This document shows positions 51,840-61,549 of a DNA stretch of 64,000 nt, one piece after another. The position numbers and the translations under genes were made by a program. Under the pieces are notes generated by a model. The model searched no databases. It saw only the letters and a list, made by a program, of their open reading frames with translations, and had not been told where the DNA came from. The first letter of the stretch is position 1; the number at the start of each line of letters is the position of its first letter. The stretch is from the NCBI GenBank assembly GCA_965216785.1, contig OZ244197.1, positions 544,001 through 608,000 of the forward strand, read 5' to 3'. Origin of the DNA: Thermodesulfobacteriota bacterium. Lineage in GTDB: Bacteria > Desulfobacterota_D > UBA1144 > Nemesobacterales > UBA2774.

Positions 51840-53072
51840 TCAATAAAGCACATAGAATTCAAACTTATTTATGAACAAAACACCCCAGATATTTACTAAG
51901 ATGCTGAGAACAATTAATAATTTGTGATACCACTTGAGCTTTTCGGGAATCCCCTTAAATGTAAGCAATAGAAGAAACGGATAGAAATCGAGAGCATAGC
52001 GGTAACCGAACTGGGTCCATCCCGTACCGCTCTTTGTAAAAATAAGTAGAGCCGGGGGAATGATGGCGAGCCAGCAAGCGAGAGCGAGTTTGTTTCTGAT
52101 TCCCGCGGCGAAAGCAAAGATGAACGCAGGGGTTGTGATAAGTACACTGAGCCCCTCTTTTGACGGAACGATGTAGGGCCATTTTTCAATAAGAGCCGGC
52201 GGCTGCAGGAGGAATGTATATAGGTGATGATGCACATAGGAGAGGCTGAGCAGCCCCTGATCGAACCACGGGGATACCCTGGCTTTAGCTTCTGATATTG
52301 TGTGCATGGAATACGCTACGTCAAAGGGCGAGCCGAAGCGCAGATAGTTGTAGAGAAAGTTTAGACTGATAAATACCCCGACCCCAAGGGCCAAAAGTAA
52401 TAGAGGCTTTAATTTAATCCGCTTTAATATAGAGCTGCCGGAGGACAAGGGAAGCCATAGATCTGAGAGCATTACTATAAAAAACGGGAGTGTTAAGATA
52501 GTTAGAACCCTGGACCAGTATGAAGCCCCTAAAAGAAGACCGATTAGAAACACTCTACGCTTGCCGAATGTCTCAAAGATAGCGAGAAATAGAAAAAAGA
52601 GCGAGACTATATGGGCAAAATACCAGACTGAGCCGATTGTCGACGTGTACCAGTATATGGTGCCAAACGCAAAGAGCAGAGTCATCCACACCTGCTTTTC
52701 AAAACTCTCCGTAAGCCTTCTCATTAGCAAGAAGACAATTGAAACGTTGACGGCGCCAAGAACGATAGATGCGAATACCTGGCTGAAAGAAAGTCCCCAT
52801 ACGGCTACGAAAGGCACCAAAAGCAGTGCCGGCATAGGAGGATATATGGTATAGGAAAGCCCGTCTTTTATAATGAGCTCCTCAAAATAAAACGGGGTGT
52901 CCTGAAGATAAAGTCTGCCGTCAAGCAGAGCGTGCGCAAGGTATATGAAATAGTTAAAGGGGTTGGGCGGAGAAGGCTGCGTTACAAAGTATAAAACAAA
53001 TGAAATCAGGAAAAATAGTACGGCTGCGATGAGCGTGGAGTTTCTTTTATAGCCTGGATTCGATATATTCAT
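51840..53072 (-). CDS. Multi-TM GT-C-like glycosyltransferase (paralog A)
   Basis: About 10 TM segments; LAHALLDGRL, YPPMP, QFGYRYALDFYPF; paralog of 56210-57424; start ATG 53072 (ORF track 53123). Confidence 0.6.
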   Translation of the reverse strand: MNISNPGYKRNSTLIAAVLFFLISFVLYFVTQPSPPNPFNYFIYLAHALLDGRLYLQDTPFYFEELIIKDGLSYTIYPPMPALLLVPFVAVWGLSFSQVFASIVLGAVNVSIVFLLMRRLTESFEKQVWMTLLFAFGTIYWYTSTIGSVWYFAHIVSLFFLFLAIFETFGKRRVFLIGLLLGASYWSRVLTILTLPFFIVMLSDLWLPLSSGSSILKRIKLKPLLLLALGVGVFISLNFLYNYLRFGSPFDVAYSMHTISEAKARVSPWFDQGLLSLSYVHHHLYTFLLQPPALIEKWPYIVPSKEGLSVLITTPAFIFAFAAGIRNKLALACWLAIIPPALLIFTKSGTGWTQFGYRYALDFYPFLLLLTFKGIPEKLKWYHKLLIVLSILVNIWGVLFINKFEFYVLY

Positions 53073-53165
53073 TGTAACCTTCTTATAAGTAACATTATAT
53101 TCAAGCATTTGTCGGACGGTCAAGAAACTATGGAGACGCGACTCGATCGATAGTATATATCAGCA

Positions 53166-54260
53166 ATGAACCGCAAAGACACACTTAAAGAATTACTGCC
53201 CGTAATAATCATAACGATACTAGGTACGTATTTTTTTTCTTACGTCTCGTACATTTTGATACAGAACGCGTATCCCGAGAGCCTGTTCGAAATATGGACA
53301 AGATGGGATACCGGGCATTATTTGAAGATCGCGGAAAAGGGATACTTGGCATCAGCTGATTATCAGATCGCTTTTTTTCCCCTCTATCCCTACCTAATTA
53401 AAGCCCTTACCCTGGTGTTTCAAAACTATATGTTGTCAGCATTAGTTATATCAAATCTGACTTACGCAGTGGCCGCATATTTTCTGTATGAGCTTGTAAA
53501 ACTTGACTATGATAAAAAAGACGCCTTAAGGACTGTAATATATTTATCCGTTTTCCCGACGGCGTACTTCCTGCACGCGGCTTATACCGAAAGCCTGTTT
53601 CTGGCGCTTTCTATCGGGAGTTTTTACTACGCAAGAAAAAAAAGCTGGGCTCTGGCCGGTATTCTGGGAATGTTTGCGGCGGCGACGCGCATTACCGGCA
53701 TCCTTCTCCTTCCGGTGCTCATCGTGGAGTACCTATCGCAGAAAGAATATAAATTAAGCGGGATAAAAACAGACTTTGTATGGATATGGATAATCGGGCT
53801 TGGCCTGATCTCTTACCTTACATTCAATTACATGGTTACGGGCGATCCTTTCTACTTCTTTGAAGTACAGCAGGCGAGCTGGTCAAGGAAGATCGCGCTT
53901 CCGTATGAGGGATTTCTGAACGCGCTTAGCGGAAGGCCTCCCGGCCGCGAGTCTACGGGGGCGCTGGCGGGGGACTGGGCCGAGATTATATTCGGCGTTT
54001 TGGGATTGGCAGGCGTAATATATAGTTTTTTCAAGCTTCGTATTTCATATAGCCTATATGTTCTGCTTACCTGGTTACTCGTAACCTCTAGCGTGATCTG
54101 GCTCAGTATACCGAGGTTTACGCTTACGATGTTTCCGCTAATAATTCTCCTTGCTCTATTTGGCAGGCGCAGGGGAGCAAATTTTATAATTTTATTTCTT
54201 TCACTTATCTGCTATGCGCTATATTTGTCACAATTTATAAGGTTCAAATGGGCTTTTTAG
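53166..54260 (+). CDS. PIG-V/GPI18-like GT-C mannosyltransferase
   Basis: RWDTGHY..IA..GY, AFFPLYP, FPTAYFLHAAYTESLFLAL, ATRITG. Confidence 0.78.
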   Translation: MNRKDTLKELLPVIIITILGTYFFSYVSYILIQNAYPESLFEIWTRWDTGHYLKIAEKGYLASADYQIAFFPLYPYLIKALTLVFQNYMLSALVISNLTYAVAAYFLYELVKLDYDKKDALRTVIYLSVFPTAYFLHAAYTESLFLALSIGSFYYARKKSWALAGILGMFAAATRITGILLLPVLIVEYLSQKEYKLSGIKTDFVWIWIIGLGLISYLTFNYMVTGDPFYFFEVQQASWSRKIALPYEGFLNALSGRPPGRESTGALAGDWAEIIFGVLGLAGVIYSFFKLRISYSLYVLLTWLLVTSSVIWLSIPRFTLTMFPLIILLALFGRRRGANFIILFLSLICYALYLSQFIRFKWAF

Positions 54261-54262
54261 CT

Positions 54263-55390
54263 ATGTCTAGAAAAAAATTTGAAGATATATTAGAAATTCT
54301 TCCAATAATACTGACGGTAATAATCGGCACATTCGTTTTCGGCATTGTGTCTCACCTGGTGATAGAGAATAGATTTCCGGAGAGCTTGCTTGATTTATGG
54401 AATACCTGGGACGTTCAGCACTATATAAAAATAGCCAAGTTCGGATACCCAGCATTATTCGAAGACGGAAGGAACCTGCAGATCGTATTTTTCCCTCTTT
54501 ACCCCCTACTTATAAAGTTATTTTCATTTGTTTTTCAGAATTACATAGTTTCTGCCCTTATTGTATCAAACCTGTCTTATGCTGCAGCGGCATATTACCT
54601 GTATAAGCTCGTAAAAATAGATTTTAAAAAGGATGGCGCTTATAGGGCCGTTATCTATTTCTCTGTATTCCCTACTGCTTATTTTCTGCATGCCGCGTAT
54701 ACGGAGAGCCTGTTTCTGGCTCTTACAATTTCGAGCTTTTATTACGCCAGAAACGGCAGGTGGGCCATTTCCGGTACGCTCGGTATGCTGGCGGCGGCTA
54801 CAAGAATTACGGGGATACTGCTCATTCCGGTGCTAGTAGTAGAATATTTATCACAGAAAGGTTATAAGATAAGAAATATAAGACCGGATATAGTCTGGAT
54901 CGGTATCATAGGGTTTGGATTACTCGCGTATTTAATTCTGAACTATGTAGTTGCCGGAGATCCGTTCTACTTCTTGGAAATACAAAGAGAGCATTGGGCT
55001 AAGAAACTTGATTTCCCATTTAAAGGGTTTATAAGCGCCTGGAATATTATGACCGGAGACTTTGCGCTTAACGTTGACAGCCCCTCGACTAGACTGCTTG
55101 GCGGTCCGGTTGAGATTATATTCTCGTTATTGGGGCTATCGCTAACTATTTATAGTTTTTTCAGGATTAGACTTTCTTACAGTTTATACGCGTTGGCTAC
55201 ATGGATAATCATCACATCTACAGGGTTCTGGCTGAGTATTCCCCGATATACGCTTGCCATGTTCCCGATCTTCATAGCTATGGCTCTTTTGGGAAGGAAA
55301 AAGTACGTCAATTATCTCATAATATTCATATCGATATTGTTCTATGCGCTCTTTTTAATGAATTTTGTGAGGTTCAGGTGGGCGTTTTGA
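54263..55390 (+). CDS. PIG-V/GPI18-like GT-C mannosyltransferase (tandem paralog)
   Basis: TWDVQHY..IA..GY, FFPLYP, FPTAYFLHAAYTESLFLAL; ends RFRWAF like the upstream copy; ORF track start 54248. Confidence 0.78.
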   Translation: MSRKKFEDILEILPIILTVIIGTFVFGIVSHLVIENRFPESLLDLWNTWDVQHYIKIAKFGYPALFEDGRNLQIVFFPLYPLLIKLFSFVFQNYIVSALIVSNLSYAAAAYYLYKLVKIDFKKDGAYRAVIYFSVFPTAYFLHAAYTESLFLALTISSFYYARNGRWAISGTLGMLAAATRITGILLIPVLVVEYLSQKGYKIRNIRPDIVWIGIIGFGLLAYLILNYVVAGDPFYFLEIQREHWAKKLDFPFKGFISAWNIMTGDFALNVDSPSTRLLGGPVEIIFSLLGLSLTIYSFFRIRLSYSLYALATWIIITSTGFWLSIPRYTLAMFPIFIAMALLGRKKYVNYLIIFISILFYALFLMNFVRFRWAF

Positions 55391-55479
55391 AAACTTCGTA
55401 GATGAAATGATCCCAAAAGTATTATTCCCCTCTAAAAGATAAAGTGTTAGTATACTTTGCTCACGGAGAAGGTAATTAG

Positions 55480-56181
55480 ATGGAAATTTCAATCGTAATT
55501 CCAACTTATAACGAATCAGAAAACCTACCGATCCTCATTGAGAAAATTACGGCGGCTCTGGATAGTAGCAATATTGAGAGCAGGATTATAGTAGTTGATG
55601 ACGATTCGCCTGACGGGACCTGGAAAACGGCACTTGAGTTAAAGAATACATATGAAAACCTTGAAGTTCTCAGGCGTCAGGACAAGAGGGGTCTTTCTTC
55701 CGCGGTGCTGGACGGGTTTGCTATGTCAGATAGCCCTATCTTGGGAGTGATGGACGCGGACTTGAGCCATCCGCCCGAGAAGATACCTGAGCTAGTGGAG
55801 CCTATAATCAGGGGAGACGCCGATATTACTATAGGCAGCAGATACATAGATGAGGGCGGAATTGAGAAATGGCCTTTGACCCGGAGGATTTATTCTAAGG
55901 TTGCCACTCTGCTCGTACTCGGGTTGACGAATGTAAAAGACCCGATGTCAGGTTTCTTCTTCCTTCACAGAAACGTTATAGAGAACAAGCAATTAAACCC
56001 GCTCGGGTTTAAAATAGGGCTTGAAGTACTGGTGCGGGGCGAGCATGAAAACGTAATTGAAGTACCGATATTGTTTGGGGACAGAATGCATGGCGAGAGT
56101 AAGCTCGGCGGGGGCGTCGTGCTTGATTATCTGCTGCATCTTTCTAATCTTTACATCTATAAGTATTTTATGAGAAAATAG
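55480..56181 (+). CDS. Polyprenol-monophosphomannose synthase (Dpm1/Ppm1-like GT2)
   Basis: IPTYNESEN, VDDDSPDGT, RGLSSA, MDADLSHPP, GSRY..GG, DPMSGFF, GESKL. Confidence 0.88.
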   Translation: MEISIVIPTYNESENLPILIEKITAALDSSNIESRIIVVDDDSPDGTWKTALELKNTYENLEVLRRQDKRGLSSAVLDGFAMSDSPILGVMDADLSHPPEKIPELVEPIIRGDADITIGSRYIDEGGIEKWPLTRRIYSKVATLLVLGLTNVKDPMSGFFFLHRNVIENKQLNPLGFKIGLEVLVRGEHENVIEVPILFGDRMHGESKLGGGVVLDYLLHLSNLYIYKYFMRK

Positions 56182-56209
56182 AAGTTTATATGCTCATAGG
56201 GCTTAAAAT

Positions 56210-57424
56210 ATGAAGGAACTTTTCAAGACAGGATCAAATAACTCAACTTTATTTATAGCAATCGTATTAGCGGTCATATCGTTCGCTATATACTTTTTCA
56301 CAACTAACGGGGCACCCACACAATTTAATAACTTCGTTCTGCTGGCAGACGCTATATTGAACGGACAGCTGCACCTTGATAGAAATCTGAGCTGGATAGA
56401 GCTTGCTCATTATGATGGAATATACTTTATAGTTCCGCCCCCTATACCGACGATTTTGATATTGCCGGTAGTGGCTGTAACAGGTCTTGAAACAAATCAG
56501 ACTTTGCTTTCTTACGTCTTTGGAGCGATAAACGTATCACTGGCCTTTTTAACTGCCAGGTGTGTAAGTAGGAGCGTAAAAGTCCAGATCTGGACGGCAG
56601 TGATGTTCGGTTTCGGAACAATACACTGGTGGGTCGCCGCAAACGGCGGAGTCTGGATGTTTTCGCACACAATATCCGTCACATTTTTATTCATCGGAAT
56701 AATTCTGAGCTTTAAAAAGGCACACCCATTGCTGCCGGGCCTAAGCCTCGGCGCGGCATACTGGACCAGGCTCCCGACTGTACTTAGTTTCCCGTTTTTT
56801 ATGGCTATGTATGTGGATGAGTGGTATAAGAAGGACAGCACACAAAGCATAATAAGAAGGATCAATTTAAAGCCTCTTATTTATATGGGCTCGGGAGCAG
56901 GCATATTCGTAATACTGAACATGATTTATAATTACGTAAGGTTTGATACGCCTTTTGACGTGTCGTACTATCTTATTCCCGGAATCCTGGATGAATACTG
57001 GTATCAGAAAGGTATATTCGATATAAGCTACATACCGAGGCATCTGAAAATTATATTCGGCAGACTGCCAAATTTCTCAAGCGAATTCCCATATGTTACG
57101 GCATCTTGGAACGGGCTCGCAATCTGGATAACAACCCCCGCTTTTATATACGCATTCTTTGCGGGAATTAGAAACAGGATTGCTATTGGGTGCTGGCTTT
57201 CGATTGTGCTTATTGCATTTATAGATTTTTGTCATGGCACGTGGGGCTTTACACAGTTCGGTTACAGGTTCGCTATGGACTTCTATCCGTTCTTATTCCT
57301 CCTAACCGTCAAAGGGATTGGAGATAAGATCCGCTGGCACCATATAACTCTTATATTAATAGGGATACTGGTAAATCTTTGGGGGGTTCTCTGGATATAT
57401 AAATTCGGCTGGACCGGTTATTGA
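56210..57424 (+). CDS. Multi-TM GT-C-like glycosyltransferase (paralog A')
   Basis: LADAILNGQL, PPPIP, QFGYRFAMDFYPF; homologous to 51840-53072. Confidence 0.6.
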   Translation: MKELFKTGSNNSTLFIAIVLAVISFAIYFFTTNGAPTQFNNFVLLADAILNGQLHLDRNLSWIELAHYDGIYFIVPPPIPTILILPVVAVTGLETNQTLLSYVFGAINVSLAFLTARCVSRSVKVQIWTAVMFGFGTIHWWVAANGGVWMFSHTISVTFLFIGIILSFKKAHPLLPGLSLGAAYWTRLPTVLSFPFFMAMYVDEWYKKDSTQSIIRRINLKPLIYMGSGAGIFVILNMIYNYVRFDTPFDVSYYLIPGILDEYWYQKGIFDISYIPRHLKIIFGRLPNFSSEFPYVTASWNGLAIWITTPAFIYAFFAGIRNRIAIGCWLSIVLIAFIDFCHGTWGFTQFGYRFAMDFYPFLFLLTVKGIGDKIRWHHITLILIGILVNLWGVLWIYKFGWTGY

Positions 57425-57442
57425 TAGGCAGAAGAGATAAGA

Positions 57443-58060
57443 CTATTTCTTAAAAACGAGAAACTTATATCCCAAAAAATTCCAAATAACTACTATAAAT
57501 ACAGACGCAAGAGCCGAAATATTGGCCCATAGCACCGGAGACACGCCGCCAATGGGGCCGACGAAATTAACCAGGAATGAAGCCACAGCAACGTTAATAA
57601 AAAACCCGACGCCGGCAACTGTGAGAAACTTAAAAAACTGCTTCCCCATACCTTTAGTCTCAATACTCTCAAAGGTCCAGAACTTGTTCCACAAATAACT
57701 GTTAGTTACGGCTGAGAGAAAGGAGACAGCCTTAAAAATCGAAAATAGGTAACCTTTTTCGACACCGGACAAGAAGATAAGAAGGTTAAGTATCCCGAAG
57801 TCAATTGAAACATTGGACATGCCAATGGGAATGAATTTGCCGAATTGAAAGAGTGAGTGCCGATAGGAGCCGAGACGCGAAAAAATATATACCCATAAAG
57901 AGACCAAGGGGGGAATAACTATCAGAGCAAATGGCCAGTACTCAAGATACGAATGATAACCCTGGGGAATCTCGGCTTTTAGAGCATTCAGCATCGCCAC
58001 GGTAAAAACCGATATTATGAGTCCGATAATAAGCGAGGATATTAGATCTGTTCTTTTCAT
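57443..58060 (-). CDS. GtrA-family lipid-linked sugar flippase with extra N-terminal TM segments
   Basis: [32 protein letters not shown]. Confidence 0.85.
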   Translation of the reverse strand: MKRTDLISSLIIGLIISVFTVAMLNALKAEIPQGYHSYLEYWPFALIVIPPLVSLWVYIFSRLGSYRHSLFQFGKFIPIGMSNVSIDFGILNLLIFLSGVEKGYLFSIFKAVSFLSAVTNSYLWNKFWTFESIETKGMGKQFFKFLTVAGVGFFINVAVASFLVNFVGPIGGVSPVLWANISALASVFIVVIWNFLGYKFLVFKK

Positions 58061-58148
58061 AATCCGAGATGTATAAATTCAAACCGGCCGGAGTATATAG
58101 CTATATAATCTTAAGGAATGATAGCATGTACTTTTATTTCAAACGACA

Positions 58149-59462
58149 TTATCTCCAGGATTCAAGCCACATATATTGTTCGTGTTTATGATTTTCCATA
58201 TTTACTGCCGCAGTAATCGGATAGAAATAGATGAACACCGCCACAGCCGCAAGCAGGTACAGGACCACAAGTATTTTCCCGAACTTAGAATTCATGTTCC
58301 AAATGCGGTCGAGAAAATAGGCGCTTATTATGAGAATGAAGATAAAAGCGGGTATATAATGGTATAAAAAAGTTATCTTTCTCGGAGAAACCGCCCACGG
58401 AAGCCAAAGCGCAAGCACGCTTACGACGGCGAATATGAGAGGCGGATACTCTTTTCTTATGGCCTGAACCGCGCCCAGAACAAAGAACACACACCCCGTC
58501 CACCATATAAATGGGTTACCGAGCATATAAATATGCGCTCTGATACCTTCCCCTAAATCGTCAAAGTGAAGATATACGGGCTCGAGCATAAGAGGCCACT
58601 GCCACCACCTGGATTCATATGGGTGATGAGTTTCCACCCCGCCGTGAAAACCGTACATGGCATCCTGAAGACTAAGGAAGTCGACAAATGAATTACCAAA
58701 ATAGAAAAAAGGAATGTAAGTGGCAATGTAGACAAGTAAAGGCAGCACTCCGAACGCAATAGCCATTCTCGGAATTATATTTAGAACCGACTTTATATAG
58801 GAGCGGTCTTTTGAATCAGACAGACTGACTTCATAGTAATAGATTAGAAAAAAAGAGACCCCCGCAAGGAATATCCATATGTATACACCGCTCCATTTAA
58901 TGGACATCGAGGCCCCCGCAAACAACCCTGCCAGCATAAGAAACAAGATCTTTCTAGTTCTCGCGTACTTTACTACAAATAGAGACGCCAGGAGCAAAAA
59001 ATCGACCATAAAAATATCGACCATAGTAATCCGGCTGAGCACAAATATAAATGAATCGAGACTGTAGAGTACCGCAGCAATTAACCCTACTCCTTTACTT
59101 AGAAATAGGTTCTTCGCTAAAAGGTATATTAGAAGCGCGCCCAAGCCGCCGAAGAATGCCTGAAAAAACCGCCAGCCAAATGTATTATTGCCGAATATCT
59201 TGATGCCGATTGCGCTCAGCTCCTTACCCAGAGGAGGGTGTGACCATTCATATGCGAGATCCTCGGGAGCGTGACCGGTATTCTGCCAGGCGTGCTTGTT
59301 TCCCTTAGCCATCTCTTGGGCAGTGAAAGCATAATATACTTCGTCGAAATAGTAGCTTTGGGGTATTTCCAAACGGTATAATTTAGTGCCTAAGCTGAAA
59401 ATAAGCACTAAAAACAAGAGTATCTCGAATCTGAATTTATAGAGTAGCGAGTTTGAAGACAT
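58149..59462 (-). CDS. Protein O-mannosyltransferase-like (PMT/GT39)
   Basis: FDEVYY catalytic DE, HPPLGK, FGWR, SR..M.D, KWSG, HPYES.WW.WP, GNP.IWW, FLYHY.P. Confidence 0.85.
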   Translation of the reverse strand: MSSNSLLYKFRFEILLFLVLIFSLGTKLYRLEIPQSYYFDEVYYAFTAQEMAKGNKHAWQNTGHAPEDLAYEWSHPPLGKELSAIGIKIFGNNTFGWRFFQAFFGGLGALLIYLLAKNLFLSKGVGLIAAVLYSLDSFIFVLSRITMVDIFMVDFLLLASLFVVKYARTRKILFLMLAGLFAGASMSIKWSGVYIWIFLAGVSFFLIYYYEVSLSDSKDRSYIKSVLNIIPRMAIAFGVLPLLVYIATYIPFFYFGNSFVDFLSLQDAMYGFHGGVETHHPYESRWWQWPLMLEPVYLHFDDLGEGIRAHIYMLGNPFIWWTGCVFFVLGAVQAIRKEYPPLIFAVVSVLALWLPWAVSPRKITFLYHYIPAFIFILIISAYFLDRIWNMNSKFGKILVVLYLLAAVAVFIYFYPITAAVNMENHKHEQYMWLESWR

Positions 59463-59464
59463 TT

Positions 59465-60829
59465 CTAATTCCCTGAACCGATATGTGCAATGTGCTCTTT
59501 AGTAGATTCCAGATGCTCTTTTGAAGCTCCTTTATACCTGAGCGTATTTTTTATAAAATCATAGAACAAATACAGGAAAACAAAAAGGTATAGAAAAAAC
59601 AGCCCGGGTATAAATAATCCGGAATATTCTTCAGGAATTCCCTTGTATAGTGTGACTAATTGTATATAGGAATAGATCATATTCAAAACGTAAACAAGGG
59701 AGACGATAGCATATAAATACCATAATATCCAATGGCGATAAGTGAGCAGAGTGAAAAACACGATTGCGGGGAGGAGGTGTCTTTCGTGGGCGCGCGTGAT
59801 AAATAAAAAGAGAGAGAATATAATAAGAGTAATCGCCTGGTATATAAAATAAGAGAAATCCTTGCCATACTCTCCGCGGCTTACGTAGACTACACGGATA
59901 AGGAGAGCGCCGATCACAGTGTATATGGAGAAAAATATCACCGTACCCCAGCTCTTGTATGATAAACCCAGAAATAATAGACCGTCGTTCCTCCACATAG
60001 CAAAAGATCCCCAGAAATTAAAAGCGTTGAGAGAGGAATATGGGTACTGATCATAGGCTGCAAAGAATCTGGCTCTGATAAGTTCTAGAGGTCCGGTGAA
60101 TATATAGGTGAAAGTATCGAGCTTATCCCATATGAAGGGTAGCGATAAAATTGTAGAAGTTATTAGTATCGCCAGCACTACTTTAAGTGTCGGTATAAAT
60201 GTTTTAATTGTTGGCTTTCTGTATTGCCTGAATAAGGGCTCAACTGCTATAAGTCCTATTAACGGGAACACCACAATGCTCGGGGGCTTAATCATAAACG
60301 CCAGGGCCGCGAATATGCCTGAGAGTACATATCGCCTGCCTAAAGCTGTTATTATGGAAAGAAGTATGGGCAGGGCGTGAAAAGAATCTACTTGCCCCCA
60401 AAATGTTGAGTTTGAAAGAGAAGCGGGATTGAAAAGATAAACGACAGAGGCAATCATAGCGTTTCTGACTGTAGTAATGCGCCTCAGTGCGTAGAATATT
60501 GAAACGGATATGCCGAGATCAGCAAGATTGGCCGGTAATTTAAACAGTATATCTGTTGAAAACGCGGGGAAAGCGGAACTTATCCTGTCGAGCGCCCACA
60601 GTACGTAGAGATAACCTGGCATATAGTCACACCAGAATCTGTCGTAAAACTTGCTGAAGCCGACCCACGAAATCTGACTACCCCATATTTTCCAGGCCAT
60701 AAAGTCATTTTCGTAGGTAAGGAATAGAGAAAATATAATTCTCAGTAAAAACCCCGCCGCGAGTATCAGAACAAAAAGAACATAGGGATCTTTGAGGTTT
60801 GTGTACCTACCTACTTTAGCGGAGCTCAT
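59465..60829 (-). CDS. GT-C glycosyltransferase (ALG6/ALG8- or GT87-like)
   Basis: ND...W..W, DYMPGYLY, KLPA.LAD, NP....S..WGQVDS, NAFNFW, HERH. Confidence 0.68.
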   Translation of the reverse strand: MSSAKVGRYTNLKDPYVLFVLILAAGFLLRIIFSLFLTYENDFMAWKIWGSQISWVGFSKFYDRFWCDYMPGYLYVLWALDRISSAFPAFSTDILFKLPANLADLGISVSIFYALRRITTVRNAMIASVVYLFNPASLSNSTFWGQVDSFHALPILLSIITALGRRYVLSGIFAALAFMIKPPSIVVFPLIGLIAVEPLFRQYRKPTIKTFIPTLKVVLAILITSTILSLPFIWDKLDTFTYIFTGPLELIRARFFAAYDQYPYSSLNAFNFWGSFAMWRNDGLLFLGLSYKSWGTVIFFSIYTVIGALLIRVVYVSRGEYGKDFSYFIYQAITLIIFSLFLFITRAHERHLLPAIVFFTLLTYRHWILWYLYAIVSLVYVLNMIYSYIQLVTLYKGIPEEYSGLFIPGLFFLYLFVFLYLFYDFIKNTLRYKGASKEHLESTKEHIAHIGSGN

Positions 60830-61523
60830 CTCTAAGTTTCCAGGATTCTTTGAACATTCTTAGTATTACTTTAATATTAGCACCTGATTGCGTGCCGAAT
60901 TTCCGGGGAAAGTGGCGTATGGGAAATTCCTTTAGCTTATACCCGTGGTTTTTTAATTTGATCAGAAACTCGGCTGTAAAAAGCGCCCCACCTGAGATAA
61001 TGGGTCTAACACAGTGATAAGCCTTAGTGGGAATGACCTTAAAAGCGCAGTCCATATCCTTAACTTTTAGTCCGAACATAAAATATATGTACATCGCGTA
61101 AAGCCAAGCGTTAAGTGATCGCACGGGTGAGTCCGCTCTATCTTCTCTATAGCCGATAAGCACATCGTTTTCATTAACCGAGGGCAGCATACGATCAAGA
61201 TCGCTTATGTCGAATTGCCCGTCGCTGTCCATGAAGAAAATGTAATCGAGAGAAGCTTTTTCAAAACCACTCAGGAGCGCACCTCCATAGCCTCTATTTA
61301 CTTCGTGGTTAACCAATATGACAGATGGATTTGTGGATGCGAGCTGATCCACAATGGCCCCGGTATTATCGCTTGAGCCGTCGTTTACGACTATTACCTC
61401 GTAAGTACCGACATTATTCTCAAGATACGAAACACACTGGTTTACAGTGGTTTCAATATTTTCTTCTTCATTATGCGCAGGAAGAACTGCTGAAAGAGAT
61501 ATATCTGCTCTCATTTTATCCAT
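60816..61523 (-). CDS. GT2 lipid-phosphate sugar synthase (DPM/DPG-like)
   Basis: LPAHNEEEN, VNDGSSD, N.GYGGAL, MDSDGQFD, D.DCAFK. Confidence 0.85.
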   Translation of the reverse strand: MDKMRADISLSAVLPAHNEEENIETTVNQCVSYLENNVGTYEVIVVNDGSSDNTGAIVDQLASTNPSVILVNHEVNRGYGGALLSGFEKASLDYIFFMDSDGQFDISDLDRMLPSVNENDVLIGYREDRADSPVRSLNAWLYAMYIYFMFGLKVKDMDCAFKVIPTKAYHCVRPIISGGALFTAEFLIKLKNHGYKLKEFPIRHFPRKFGTQSGANIKVILRMFKESWKLRDELR

Positions 61524-61549
61524 CCACCATTTGACCCAAGCACCTGATT

